NCBI GenBank assembly: GCA_963796055.1
Contig: CAWCKH010000004.1
Coordinates: 1,600,001 to 1,664,000 of the forward strand
Length of the DNA stretch: 64,000 nt
Reading direction: 5' to 3'
From: an uncultured delta proteobacterium
GTDB lineage: Bacteria > Myxococcota > Myxococcia > Myxococcales > Myxococcaceae
The position numbers were made by a program, and so were the translations under genes. Each line of letters opens with the position of its first letter. Positions within the stretch are counted from its first letter, which is position 1. The notes under the pieces are model-generated. The model ran no database searches, had not been told where the DNA came from, and saw only the letters and a program-made list of their open reading frames with translations. Of this stretch, positions 49,455 through 59,122 are shown piece by piece.

Positions 49455-50732
49455 TCACTGCAGATCCAGTTGGAGGAGAGCCGGGCGCGCGGGCGGGGCG
49501 CCGGGCCGGAGCGCGCCGTCGTCGGTGAACCGGCCCCACCCGCTGTCCACCAGGGCGAGGGCACCCCGCTGCGTCGCGACGGCGTGCGTCGGCTCGCCCA
49601 GCTCTGGACCCCGGGCGAGCACCGTCCAGCGCGTCACCCGCCGTCCATCCGGCGTGAGCCAGAGACGGACCACCCTGGGCTGCACGATGCCGTTCTGCAC
49701 CGCGACCAGGCCTCCGGGCACGGCCAGCAGACCGTCGATGCCGCCGGTCACGAGATCGTCCGGTCCCGGCACCGGCTCGGGAGCTCCACCGCCGAGCGGC
49801 AGCGCGAAGAGCCCGAGCGTCCAGTCGGGCACGAGCAGCGTCCGTCCATCCGGCGCCAGGGCCGGGGTCTGCGGGCTGGCGAAGGTGTGCGCCGGGACCA
49901 GCGGCTCGAGCGCACCGGCCCCCGGTGCCAGGCGGTACACGGTCCCCGCCAGCGCATCGGAGACCAGCACCGTCCCGTCCGGGGTGACCGTCATGTCCCC
50001 CAGGAGGTGAGGACCATCGCCGGGGGCCGGGCGCCGGGCGATCTCCGTGCCGTCGTCCAGCCGGTACGTCACCAGCGCGGAGCGCCCCTCCTCCGTCTTC
50101 CGGAAGCCCTCGGCCTGCGCCACCGCACCCACACTCACGTGCAGCAGCCGCCGGTGCCCATCCACGCCGAGCGCGAAGGCGCCGCTGCCTGCGGGCGCAG
50201 GACGGGCCCAGGCGCGCCACACGCCGCCGACCCCGTGCCACACCTCGCCGGTCCGCACGCTGGAGACGAACACCACGCCGGTGCGTGGATCCTCGGCCAG
50301 ATCCTCGACCAGACCGAGCTCCGGCGGAATCCGCCGCATGGGCGCGCCCGACCCGACCGGACCGCGGCCCGCGGCGAAGCGCGTCACCAGCGGCGTCCAT
50401 CGCGCATCGGCCCGAAGCGCCTTCAGATCAGGGTCCTCGGCCGGGTCGGCCACCAGCCCGGCGGTGGCCAGCGGGGCCAGCGCGGCGAAGGCCCGGTCCA
50501 CACTCCCGGCGCGCGCCTCGACGCAGGCCAGGTCGTACCGGATGTCGACGCGCCCCGGTGCCGCCGCCGCTCTGCGCCCGAGCGCCTCTCGAGCCTCGTC
50601 GAGCGCCCCGGTGTCGATCGCCCGGGCGAACGCGCGCCGCGCCTCCGCGTACGCGGCCGGTCGTCCCGGCCGAACGGAAGAGCCGCCGTCCGCGCCGAGC
50701 ACCACGGCCAAGGGCAACAAGAGAGTGCGCAT
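49455..50732 (-). CDS. Secreted TPR + SMP-30/gluconolactonase-like beta-propeller protein
   Basis: Signal peptide, YDLAC..A..G TPR motif, propeller blades (EDLA.D, GD.TVTPDG, GIDGL, EPT). Confidence 0.7.
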   Translation of the reverse strand: MRTLLLPLAVVLGADGGSSVRPGRPAAYAEARRAFARAIDTGALDEAREALGRRAAAAPGRVDIRYDLACVEARAGSVDRAFAALAPLATAGLVADPAEDPDLKALRADARWTPLVTRFAAGRGPVGSGAPMRRIPPELGLVEDLAEDPRTGVVFVSSVRTGEVWHGVGGVWRAWARPAPAGSGAFALGVDGHRRLLHVSVGAVAQAEGFRKTEEGRSALVTYRLDDGTEIARRPAPGDGPHLLGDMTVTPDGTVLVSDALAGTVYRLAPGAGALEPLVPAHTFASPQTPALAPDGRTLLVPDWTLGLFALPLGGGAPEPVPGPDDLVTGGIDGLLAVPGGLVAVQNGIVQPRVVRLWLTPDGRRVTRWTVLARGPELGEPTHAVATQRGALALVDSGWGRFTDDGALRPGAPPARPALLQLDLQ

Positions 50733-50787
50733 CGCACACGCCGAGTTCTCACACTCCGCCGCGGCGCCGTGCGACAATCCGCAATCC

Positions 50788-52431
50788 ATGCTCGCTCTGC
50801 AGCTGGCTGCAATCCTGGCGGCCGCCGCCCCCCAGAAGCTGGATCTGGTCATCGAGCACGGCCGGGTGGTGGACGGCTCCGGGAGCCCCTGGTTCCGCGC
50901 CGACGTGGGCATCCAGGGCGACCGTATCACCCGCATGGGGGACCTGCGCGAGGTCCCGGCGAAGCTGCGCATCGACGCGCGGGATCACCTGGTCGCGCCG
51001 GGGTTCATCGACCTGCTCGGCCAGAGCGAGCTGTCGCTGCTGGTGGATCCGCGCGCCGAGTCGAAGATCCGCCAGGGCATCACCACCGAGCTCACCGGTG
51101 AGCTGGGCACCGTGGCCCCGGTCCGCGACGAGATCCTCGGTGGGGTCATGGGCTGGCTCTCGCTGCACCGGATCAAGATCGACTGGAAGGATCTCGACGG
51201 CTACTGGAAGCGGCTCCGGGCGACCCGCCCGGCGATCAACATCGGGACCCTCGTCTCCACCGGTCAGGTTCGCGCGGTGGTGATGGGCCAGGGCCCGGAG
51301 GCGCCCACCCCCGAGCAGCTGCTCCGGATGCAGATCGAGGTGCAGAAGGCCATGCGCCAGGGGGCGTTCGGCGTGGCCGCCGCGCTGGGGTACCCCCCGA
51401 CGCGTTACCAGACGACCGAGGAGCTGGTGCTGCTCGCCCGCTCGGCGGCGAAGTTCGGTGGGTTCTACGCCACACACCTCCGCGACGAGGGCGACGCGGT
51501 GCTCACCGCCATCGACGAGGCGATCGAGGTCGGGCGCCGGGCTGGACTTCCGGTCGAGATCTGGCACCTGAAGGTCGCGGGAAAGCAGAACTGGGGCCGG
51601 ATGCCCGAGGTGCTCCAGCGCATCGCCGCGGCCCGCGTCGAGGGGCTCGACGTCTCGGCCAACGTGTACCCGTACCTGGCGGGCGCCAACATGCTCCACG
51701 CCGACGTGCCGGACTGGGCGCTGGCCGGCGGGGTGTCGGCGATGCTCGGCCGGCTCAAGGACAAGGAGCAGCGCTCCCGCATCGAGAAGGAGATCACCGC
51801 CGGCTGGAAGGATCCCACCGAGCCCGAACGGGTGGTCATCCTCCTCGCCCTCTCCCCCGAGGCCAAGCGCTACGAGGGCAAGAGCCTGGCCGACGTGGCC
51901 AAGGAGCGCGCCACCACCCCCGCGGCGGCGCTGGTCAATCTCGTGCTGCTCGACGGGGGGAGCACCCAGGTGCTCCGCTTCCTCGCCAGCGAGTTCGATC
52001 TCCGTGCGGCGCTGCGCCAGCCGTGGGTGGCCATCGGCGTGGATGCGAGCGCCGACGCCCCCGACGGCCCCCTGGGGCCCGAGGCCACCCACCCGCGGGC
52101 CTTCGGCGCCATGGCCCGGCTGCTCGGCACCTATGCGCGCGACGAGAAGCTCCTCACCCTCGAGGAGGCGGTGCGGAAGGTCACCTCCGGCGCGGCCCGC
52201 CGCCTCGGGCTCACCGACCGGGGGCTCCTTCGCCCGGGGATGATGGCGGACATCGTGGTCTTCGATCCGGCGAAGGTGAAGGACGTGGCGACCTATGCCA
52301 AGCCCAAGCAGTTTCCCGAGGGCATCGAGTCGGTCCTGGTCAACGGCCAGCCGGTACTGGTGGACGGCATCCGCACCGAGGTCAGGCCTGGACGCCCGTT
52401 GCTGCATCCGGTGCCGGACGCGCTCCGGTAG
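50788..52431 (+). CDS. N-acyl-D-amino-acid deacylase family amidohydrolase (exported)
   Basis: GRVVDGSG, APGFID, YATHLRDEG, IWHLK, YPY.A, HPRAFG, ADIVVFD, VLVNG. Confidence 0.88.
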   Translation: MLALQLAAILAAAAPQKLDLVIEHGRVVDGSGSPWFRADVGIQGDRITRMGDLREVPAKLRIDARDHLVAPGFIDLLGQSELSLLVDPRAESKIRQGITTELTGELGTVAPVRDEILGGVMGWLSLHRIKIDWKDLDGYWKRLRATRPAINIGTLVSTGQVRAVVMGQGPEAPTPEQLLRMQIEVQKAMRQGAFGVAAALGYPPTRYQTTEELVLLARSAAKFGGFYATHLRDEGDAVLTAIDEAIEVGRRAGLPVEIWHLKVAGKQNWGRMPEVLQRIAAARVEGLDVSANVYPYLAGANMLHADVPDWALAGGVSAMLGRLKDKEQRSRIEKEITAGWKDPTEPERVVILLALSPEAKRYEGKSLADVAKERATTPAAALVNLVLLDGGSTQVLRFLASEFDLRAALRQPWVAIGVDASADAPDGPLGPEATHPRAFGAMARLLGTYARDEKLLTLEEAVRKVTSGAARRLGLTDRGLLRPGMMADIVVFDPAKVKDVATYAKPKQFPEGIESVLVNGQPVLVDGIRTEVRPGRPLLHPVPDALR

Positions 52432-52464
52432 ACCGCACGCTCCGGCGCCGCGCGCCATCGAACC

Positions 52465-54147
52465 TCAGTCCGGCTCGCCGGCTTGCTTCGGCTCGGGGAA
52501 GCGCCGGAACCAGCTGTTCGCGTTCCAGGTGGGTCGCGCGGCCGCCTGGGCGATGGAGACACCGAGGAGGAAGTTGAAGCGGGTTAGCTGGGCGAATGGG
52601 CGCCAGTCTCGATCGGGCTCGAACTCGTCCTGCGGCTGATGGTAGCGCTTGCGCCAGAAGGCGCGCTCGGCGGCCAGCTGCTCCGGGTCGAGCCCGGCGA
52701 CTCCGTTGAAGGTCTGCGCCGCGGGGATGCCTTTCTTCACGAAGTTGAAGTTGTCCGAACGGACGAAGTAGCTCTCGTCCGGCTCGGGATCCGGTGAAAT
52801 CTGAAGGCCGAGCGCCGCGGCGGCGCGCGCCACGTCCGCTCCCAGCGAGCTCTCGTCGGTTCCCAGGGCGACCACGTCGCGCAGGGGATGGACCGGGTAT
52901 GCCCCGTCCACGTCGATGTCGGCGACCACGTCCTGGAGGTGCACGGTGGGATGGCGGGCGAACCACTCCGAGCCGAGCAGCCCGCGCTCCTCGGCGGTGA
53001 CGAAGAGAAAGAGGATGCCGCGCCCGGGCGGATGGCCGAGGCGGGTGAAGGCCCGGGCGGTCTCCAGCAGGCTGGAGACTCCAGCCGCGTCGTCCGAGGC
53101 CCCGTTGTAGATGCTGTCCCCGTTCACCGGCCTGCCGACGCCCATGTGGTCGAGGTGGGCGCCGTACATCACCATCTCGTTCCCGGTGGGGGACGCCGGG
53201 TCGCCGGGCACGAGGCCGACGACGTTCTCCGAGGTGACGCGCCGGATCTTGCTCTCCCGGCGCAACCGGCAGCGCAGCCCGAGCGCGAATCCCCGCGGCT
53301 TGCCCTGCGCCGAGGCCTCCACCAGGCTGGCCACCGTCTCGGGGCGGCCGGCCTGCTTCAGCAGGCCCGCGAAGGCCTCGCTGCTGATCATCCCCGCGGG
53401 GAGGAGTGGCGGCGAGTCCTCGAGCCGCATCGCATCGAAGCCGTAGTACGCCGCAACGAGCTTGAACGGCGCGAGGGCCTCCTTCGCCGGGGGCCACACC
53501 GCGACCACGGCCCGAGCTCCCCGGCGCATCAGCCCGCGCGCCACCCGCTCGCTCTGCCCGTACACCGCCGAGGCCAGCGCGGGGAAGAAGTCCGGACGCT
53601 GCGAGCGAGGGGCGCCGAGGAAGGCGAGGACGATCTTGTCCCGCACGTCGACCTGGGCGAAGTCGTCGTAACCGTATTCCGGGACGCTGAGGCCGTACCC
53701 GGCGAACACCACCTCGCCGCTCACGTCGGTCGCGCCCTGGTCCAGATCCGTCAAGAGGATCATGTTCTCGAACTGGACGAACGTCACCGGGGCGCCGGGG
53801 CCGCCGCTGAACTCGAGAGCGCCGGACACCGGCGTGGCCCGCACGAACGGGACCCTCTGGAAGTACGTCCCACCCTCTCCCGCGGGCCGGAGTCCCAGCG
53901 CCTGCAGCTCGCTCGCCACGTACCGGGCGGCGACGTCGTACCCCGGCGTGCCCGGGTCACGTCCGCCGAGCAGGTCGTCGGCCAGGAAGCGGATGTGACC
54001 GGCGAGGGTCTCGGGGCGGACGCCCGCGGCGGCGGACCTCGCGGCGTCGCTGAAGCCGTTGGTGTCGACGGCCGGCGTGGTCGGCCGGGGCGCGGACGTG
54101 GCGCAGGCCAGGGTCATGCAGACGAGGAGGAGGGGCGGGAGTCGCAT
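52465..54147 (-). CDS. M28 family metallopeptidase lipoprotein with PA domain (paralog 1)
   Basis: Lipobox TLAC, FLADD.L.GR, AHLDH.G, IYNGASDDAAG, TAEERGLLGS, RSD, YHQP.D. Confidence 0.9.
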   Translation of the reverse strand: MRLPPLLLVCMTLACATSAPRPTTPAVDTNGFSDAARSAAAGVRPETLAGHIRFLADDLLGGRDPGTPGYDVAARYVASELQALGLRPAGEGGTYFQRVPFVRATPVSGALEFSGGPGAPVTFVQFENMILLTDLDQGATDVSGEVVFAGYGLSVPEYGYDDFAQVDVRDKIVLAFLGAPRSQRPDFFPALASAVYGQSERVARGLMRRGARAVVAVWPPAKEALAPFKLVAAYYGFDAMRLEDSPPLLPAGMISSEAFAGLLKQAGRPETVASLVEASAQGKPRGFALGLRCRLRRESKIRRVTSENVVGLVPGDPASPTGNEMVMYGAHLDHMGVGRPVNGDSIYNGASDDAAGVSSLLETARAFTRLGHPPGRGILFLFVTAEERGLLGSEWFARHPTVHLQDVVADIDVDGAYPVHPLRDVVALGTDESSLGADVARAAAALGLQISPDPEPDESYFVRSDNFNFVKKGIPAAQTFNGVAGLDPEQLAAERAFWRKRYHQPQDEFEPDRDWRPFAQLTRFNFLLGVSIAQAAARPTWNANSWFRRFPEPKQAGEPD

Positions 54148-54200
54148 CAGGGGCCGGGAGACAACCATGGTCTGGTCCCCGGGCAATGCGCAGTTTGCAG

Positions 54201-55895
54201 TCAGCTGCCGGGTCGGGGCTGGAAGACGCTCCCCGGCAGCAGCCGGGGCCGCTCGGCGCGCTGGGTCACCGACAGCCCGAGGAGGAACTGGAACCGGGCC
54301 AGGACGGCGGCCGGTCCGTGATCGCGGTCCGGCTCCCAGTGGTCGGCGGCGCGGTGGTAGTGGGACTTGCGGTAGGCGGCCGCCTCCTCGCGCTCGCGCT
54401 CGCTCGCCCCACCGAGCCCCACCCGGGTGGCGGTGGCGGGGATGCCGGCGCGGAGAAAGCTGTACTGGTCGCTCCGCACCGCGAACGCCTGCTTCGGGTC
54501 GGGGTCAGGCCCGAGCGCAAGCCCGAGCGCCGTCGCCGCGCGCTGGGCATCCTCCTGCAGCGTGCTCTCGTCCGCCCCGAGTGCCCCCACCTCGTGTGGG
54601 TGAAACACCGGCATTCCCGAGTCGGCGTTGACGTCCGCCACCAGTGCCTCGCGCCTCACCGTCGGGTGCTTGGCGAACCATTCCGAGCCGAGCAGACCCT
54701 CCTCCTCGCCCGTCACCAGGACGAACAGCACCCCCCGGGCCGGTCGCTGGCGAAGCCGGGTGAACGCCCGGGCGATCTCCAGCACGTTGGCCACCCCCGA
54801 GGCGTTGTCCGAGGCGCCGTTGTAGATGGCGTCCCCCGCCTCGGGCTTGCCGATTCCGAGGTGGTCGAGGTGGGCGGTGAAGACGAGGGCCTCCCCCGCG
54901 GCCGGCGAGCCGGGCGCGCCGCGCCACAGGCCCACCACGTTGGCGGTGTGCACGGTGCGGAGGGCGGCCTCCACCCGGAGGTGTACCTGGGTGCCCAGCG
55001 CGAAGGGTGCGTGCTGGCGCCGCTCGGCGGCAGCCACCAGCGAGGCCACCCGCTCGGAGCGTCCGGCGGCGCCGAGCAGCGCGTCCGCCCCGGCCATCGA
55101 CAGCGACGCCTGGGGGAGCGCGTCACGCGGCGGGACGAGCCCGGCCTCGACCAGGGCCATCGAGCCACGCTGGCTGTGGGCCAGCTGCTCGGCGAAGGGG
55201 AAGATCTTCTCCCGCACGGGGGTCTGCACCCAGAGCACGCCGGCGACTCCCCGGGCCATCAGGCGGTCGAGCTTGGTGCGCGCCGAGCCGTACACCGCGC
55301 TCGGCAGGGGCGGAAAGAAGTCCGGGGTGGTGCCGAGCGGCGCACCCACCAGCACCATCGCCACCTTTCCCTTCAGATCCACGCCGGCCAGGTCGTCCCA
55401 GCGGTACTCGGGGGCCACGACGCCGTACCCCACGTACACCACGGGGGCGGTGACGTCGGAGATCCCGTCGCCCAGCGGCGCCCGGGCGAGGAACTCCCGC
55501 TCGAAGGCGAGCGCCGTGGCCTCGCCTCCCGGGGTGCCCACCTCGAGCCGCGCCGACCGGGTCCGTCCGCCCCGGAGCGTCATCTGCTGGAACCAGCTTC
55601 CGTCGTCGCCGGCGGGCTCGAGGCCCATACCCTGCAGCTGGCTGGCGACGTAGGCCGCGGCGATGTCGAAGCCGCGCTCACCGGGCATCCGTCCCTGGAG
55701 GAGGTCGTCGGCCAGGAAGCGGATGTGCGCGGAGATCGCCTCGGGACGGATGGCGGCCGCGGCATCGGCGGCCCCCGGGGCGATGGCGTCGGGTCCGTGG
55801 GGGCTCGACGGGGGGGCGCCTGCGGTGGCACAGGCGGCGAGGAAGAGGAGCGACAGCGCAGGAGGGGTCGCGCGGCGAGGCTGAGATCGGCGCAT
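54201..55895 (-). CDS. M28 family metallopeptidase lipoprotein with PA domain (paralog 2)
   Basis: Lipobox LAAC, AHLDHLG, IYNGASDNASG, TGEEEGLLGS, RSDQ, YH...D. Confidence 0.9.
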   Translation of the reverse strand: MRRSQPRRATPPALSLLFLAACATAGAPPSSPHGPDAIAPGAADAAAAIRPEAISAHIRFLADDLLQGRMPGERGFDIAAAYVASQLQGMGLEPAGDDGSWFQQMTLRGGRTRSARLEVGTPGGEATALAFEREFLARAPLGDGISDVTAPVVYVGYGVVAPEYRWDDLAGVDLKGKVAMVLVGAPLGTTPDFFPPLPSAVYGSARTKLDRLMARGVAGVLWVQTPVREKIFPFAEQLAHSQRGSMALVEAGLVPPRDALPQASLSMAGADALLGAAGRSERVASLVAAAERRQHAPFALGTQVHLRVEAALRTVHTANVVGLWRGAPGSPAAGEALVFTAHLDHLGIGKPEAGDAIYNGASDNASGVANVLEIARAFTRLRQRPARGVLFVLVTGEEEGLLGSEWFAKHPTVRREALVADVNADSGMPVFHPHEVGALGADESTLQEDAQRAATALGLALGPDPDPKQAFAVRSDQYSFLRAGIPATATRVGLGGASEREREEAAAYRKSHYHRAADHWEPDRDHGPAAVLARFQFLLGLSVTQRAERPRLLPGSVFQPRPGS

Positions 55896-55945
55896 CGGTC
55901 CCGGACGAGCCTAGCGTCCTCGGCGGAGCGCGGGGGAACTTGCGG

Positions 55946-57448
55946 TCAGAAGCCCGGTGGGCGTAGCGCCCGGCGAGGCACCTCGGCCTCGACGAAGATG
56001 CGCAGCAGATCGCCGTCCAGCATCCCGTTGCGGGCCTCCTGGTGGAGGATGTCCAGCGCCGCGGGGTGGGGCACCGCCTTCTTGTACGGCCGGTCGGCGG
56101 CTGTGAGGGCGTCGTACACGTCCGAGATGGCCATCATCTTGGACTGCACGGGGATGGTCTCGGCGGGGATCTTCCGCGGGTAGCCCGAGCCGTTCAGCCG
56201 CTCGTGGTGGGCGTAGGCGATGTCCGGCACCCGCTTCAGCGCCCGGGTCCAGGGAATCTGCGAGAGGAAGCGGAAGGTGTGGGTGACGTGGCTCTCGATC
56301 TCCAGCCGCTCGTCGGCCGAGAGCGACCCCCGGGGGATGCTCAGCCGCTCCACCTCGCGGGGGAGGAGGAGGGGACGCTCGGTTTCGCGCTCGTCGCGGA
56401 AGTGCTGGCGGCCCAGGTCGGTGAGCCGCTCGAACCCGCCGGAGGGCAGGACGGTGGGGCGGTTGCACGCAAGAATGAACTCCAGGGTCTCGTCCAGCTC
56501 GCGCAGCTCGGCTCCGAGCCGCTCGGCCTCCTCCCGCTCGACCGAGGCCTGGAGCTTCCCCTCCCGGGCGGCCTCCAGGCGGCGCTCCGCGCTCCGCAGC
56601 TGCCGGTCCTTCCGTGCCAGGGCGAACCGGGCGCGCAGCACGTCGAGCTCCTGGGGGTAGAGCTTCTCCGCCTTCACCAGGACGTGCTCGCGGACGCCCA
56701 CCTTGCCGAAGTCGTGGAGCAGGGACGCGTAGCGCATCTCCTGGACGTCCTGAAGGCCGAAGCGGAGGCGGGCATAGGGCCCGGTGCCCTGGTGCTCCAG
56801 CGCCGAGGCCAGTCCGACGGTGAGCGCGGCCACGCGGCCGGAGTGACCGGCGGTGGTCGGGTCGCGCGACTCGATGGCGACCACCGAGGCGGAGACGAAG
56901 CCCTCGAAGAGGCGGTTGATCTCGTCGTGGAGGAGCGCGTTCTCGATGGCGCCCGCCGCCTGACCGCCGAGGGCCAGGAGGAGCTCGGCGTCCTCGTCGG
57001 TGAAGACGCCCGCGTGCTTGTTGAGCGCCTGGAGGACGCCGGTGACCTCCCCCTGGGCGTCGCGCATCGGCACGCAGAGGATGGTCTGCGTCCGGTAGCC
57101 GGTCGCTGCGTCCACGGCGCGGTTGAACCGCGGGTCGGCGTAGGCGTCCTGGATGTTGATGACCTGACCGGTCTCGGCCACCGAGCCGGCGATGCCCCGG
57201 CCGAGCTTGACCCGGATCTCCTGGGCCGCGCCCTGGGCCAGCTTGCTCCACAGCTCGCCCTTCTCGCGGTCGAGGATGAAGAGCGTGCACCGGTCGGCGT
57301 TCACCACCTTCGCCGCCTCGTAGATGATGAGCGGGAGGAGAAGGTCGAGGTCCCGCGCCGCGGCCATGGCCTTGGCCACGTCGAGGATGGAGGTGAGCTT
57401 GGAGACCCTTCCGGCCAGGTCCTGCGGACTGTGAATGTCCGGGCTCAC
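55946..57448 (-). CDS. GAF + HD-GYP cyclic-dinucleotide phosphodiesterase
   Basis: GAF (DPRFN..VD..TGY.T..ILCVP, ALNK), TAGHSGRV, LHDFGK, HHERLNGSGYP, DVYDALT..DRPYK. Confidence 0.9.
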   Translation of the reverse strand: MSPDIHSPQDLAGRVSKLTSILDVAKAMAAARDLDLLLPLIIYEAAKVVNADRCTLFILDREKGELWSKLAQGAAQEIRVKLGRGIAGSVAETGQVINIQDAYADPRFNRAVDAATGYRTQTILCVPMRDAQGEVTGVLQALNKHAGVFTDEDAELLLALGGQAAGAIENALLHDEINRLFEGFVSASVVAIESRDPTTAGHSGRVAALTVGLASALEHQGTGPYARLRFGLQDVQEMRYASLLHDFGKVGVREHVLVKAEKLYPQELDVLRARFALARKDRQLRSAERRLEAAREGKLQASVEREEAERLGAELRELDETLEFILACNRPTVLPSGGFERLTDLGRQHFRDERETERPLLLPREVERLSIPRGSLSADERLEIESHVTHTFRFLSQIPWTRALKRVPDIAYAHHERLNGSGYPRKIPAETIPVQSKMMAISDVYDALTAADRPYKKAVPHPAALDILHQEARNGMLDGDLLRIFVEAEVPRRALRPPGF

Positions 57449-57524
57449 TCCGAGGACGCTACCCCAACGGCCTGCCGGAAGAGGGGGTCGGGTGGCCTAG
57501 CTGACTGCGGTCGCCCTGACCTAG

Positions 57525-59122
57525 GAGCCTGTAGGGCGTAGAGGTCAGGGCGGCGTGATCCGCTGGGCGGCATGAAGACCTGCCGCCCGTGGGCGCCGCT
57601 GCAGTCGTACCTGCTCCCGCCGTCGCCGGCGGACTGGCTCCCGGAGGGGCACCTCGCCTATTTCGTGCTCGAGGTGGTGGACCAGCTCGACGTCGCCGCC
57701 ATCGAGCGAGCCATTTCCCAGAAGGACCCGCGTGGGGAGCGCCCGTACTCGCCGCGGATGTTGCTGGGGCTGCTCATGTACGGCTACTGCGTGGGCCTGT
57801 TTTCCTCGCGGAGGCTGGCGCGCGGGACGTACGAGGACGTGGCGCTTCGGGTGCTGGCGGGGGAAGAGCATCCGCACTTCACCACCATCAACCAATTCCG
57901 GCTGGTGCACCGGACGGCCATCGCCGGCCTCTTCGTGCAGGTGCTGGAGCTCTGCCGTCGAGCCGGGTTGGTGAAGCTGGGACACGTGGCGCTGGACGGG
58001 ACGAAGCTGCTGGCCAATGCGAGCAAGCACAAGGCGATGAGCTACGAGCGGATGAAGAAGGACGAGACGCGGCTGCGAGGAGAAGTGGAGAGCCTGCTCA
58101 CCCAAGCCGACGCGGTGGACGAAGCCGAGGACGCCCGCTACGGCAGAGGCATTGCCCCCGACGACTTGCCGGCCGAGTTGCAGCGTCGCGAGACGCGGCT
58201 CGAGCGCATTCGGCAGGCCAAGGCAGCGCTCGAAGAGGAGGCCCGCGCAGCACGGGCCCGGAGACTTCGAGAGAACGCCGAGGGGCTCGAGGCGGACGCG
58301 CTGAACGCCCAACTACCCGCCCGCCAGCGCAAGACAGCAGCCACCCTCGCCAAGCGGAGCGCCGCTCAAGCGGACCTGCTCGACGGCGGACGAAAGGACG
58401 ACGATGACGACCCGCCCTCAGGCGGTGCCACCGGCCTACCCACCCATCGGGTGAGGGCTCACGTCGACGGCACTCCGAAGTCGAAGGCACAGCGGAACTT
58501 CACCGACCCCGACAGCCGCATCATGGAGAAGAACGGCAGCTTTCTGCAGGCATACAACGCCCAAGTCGTGGTGGACGAAGCCCACCAAGTCATTCTCGCG
58601 CACGGCCTGTCCAACCAGCCGCCCGACGTCGAGTACCTCGAGCCACTGCTGAGGGCCGCTGTCGCCAACTGCGGGGCGTCACCGGAGAAGGCCTCTGCGG
58701 ATTCGGGCTACTTCTCGGCGGAGAACGTCGCGGCGTGCGACTCCTTGGGCATCTCGGCCTACATCTCCGTCGGTCGCGACGCGCACGACGGGCGCATCAC
58801 CGACCCACGAACGACTCCGGCGAAGGACGCGATGCGGCTGAAGCTCGAGTCGGAGGAGGGCAGAGCCGTGTACGCGCGCCGGAAGGCCATCGTCGAGCCT
58901 GTCTTCGGGCAGATGAAGGCAGTCCGCGGCTTCCGTCGCCTCTCGATGCGGGGCAGGCAGAAGGCAGCGGGCGAGTGGGGCCTCGTTTGCCTCACCCACA
59001 ACCTCCTGAAGCTCTTCCGGGAGGCCTGGCTCCCGGCACTCATGCCCGCGTAGCGCCGACGGGCCGCCAGTCAGCCACCGACGGCGCCCGCGCCAACGAG
59101 AGCGGCTACGCCCTACAGGCTC
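57525..59122 (+). mobile_element. IS1182-family insertion sequence, about 1.6 kb
   Basis: Perfect 17-bp IRs GAGCCTGTAGGGCGTAG (57525-41) and CTACGCCCTACAGGCTC (59106-22). CTAG on both flanks (57521-24, 59123-26). The exact IR/TSD boundary is ambiguous because CTAG is palindromic. Confidence 0.92.
57572..59053 (+). CDS. IS1182-family DDE transposase
   Basis: LLPPS..DWLP..HL, PYSPRML, SSRRL, ALDGTK..ANAS, TDPDSR.M, YNAQ, ADSGY, VEPVFG..K, HNL.K. Confidence 0.93.
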   Translation: MKTCRPWAPLQSYLLPPSPADWLPEGHLAYFVLEVVDQLDVAAIERAISQKDPRGERPYSPRMLLGLLMYGYCVGLFSSRRLARGTYEDVALRVLAGEEHPHFTTINQFRLVHRTAIAGLFVQVLELCRRAGLVKLGHVALDGTKLLANASKHKAMSYERMKKDETRLRGEVESLLTQADAVDEAEDARYGRGIAPDDLPAELQRRETRLERIRQAKAALEEEARAARARRLRENAEGLEADALNAQLPARQRKTAATLAKRSAAQADLLDGGRKDDDDDPPSGGATGLPTHRVRAHVDGTPKSKAQRNFTDPDSRIMEKNGSFLQAYNAQVVVDEAHQVILAHGLSNQPPDVEYLEPLLRAAVANCGASPEKASADSGYFSAENVAACDSLGISAYISVGRDAHDGRITDPRTTPAKDAMRLKLESEEGRAVYARRKAIVEPVFGQMKAVRGFRRLSMRGRQKAAGEWGLVCLTHNLLKLFREAWLPALMPA

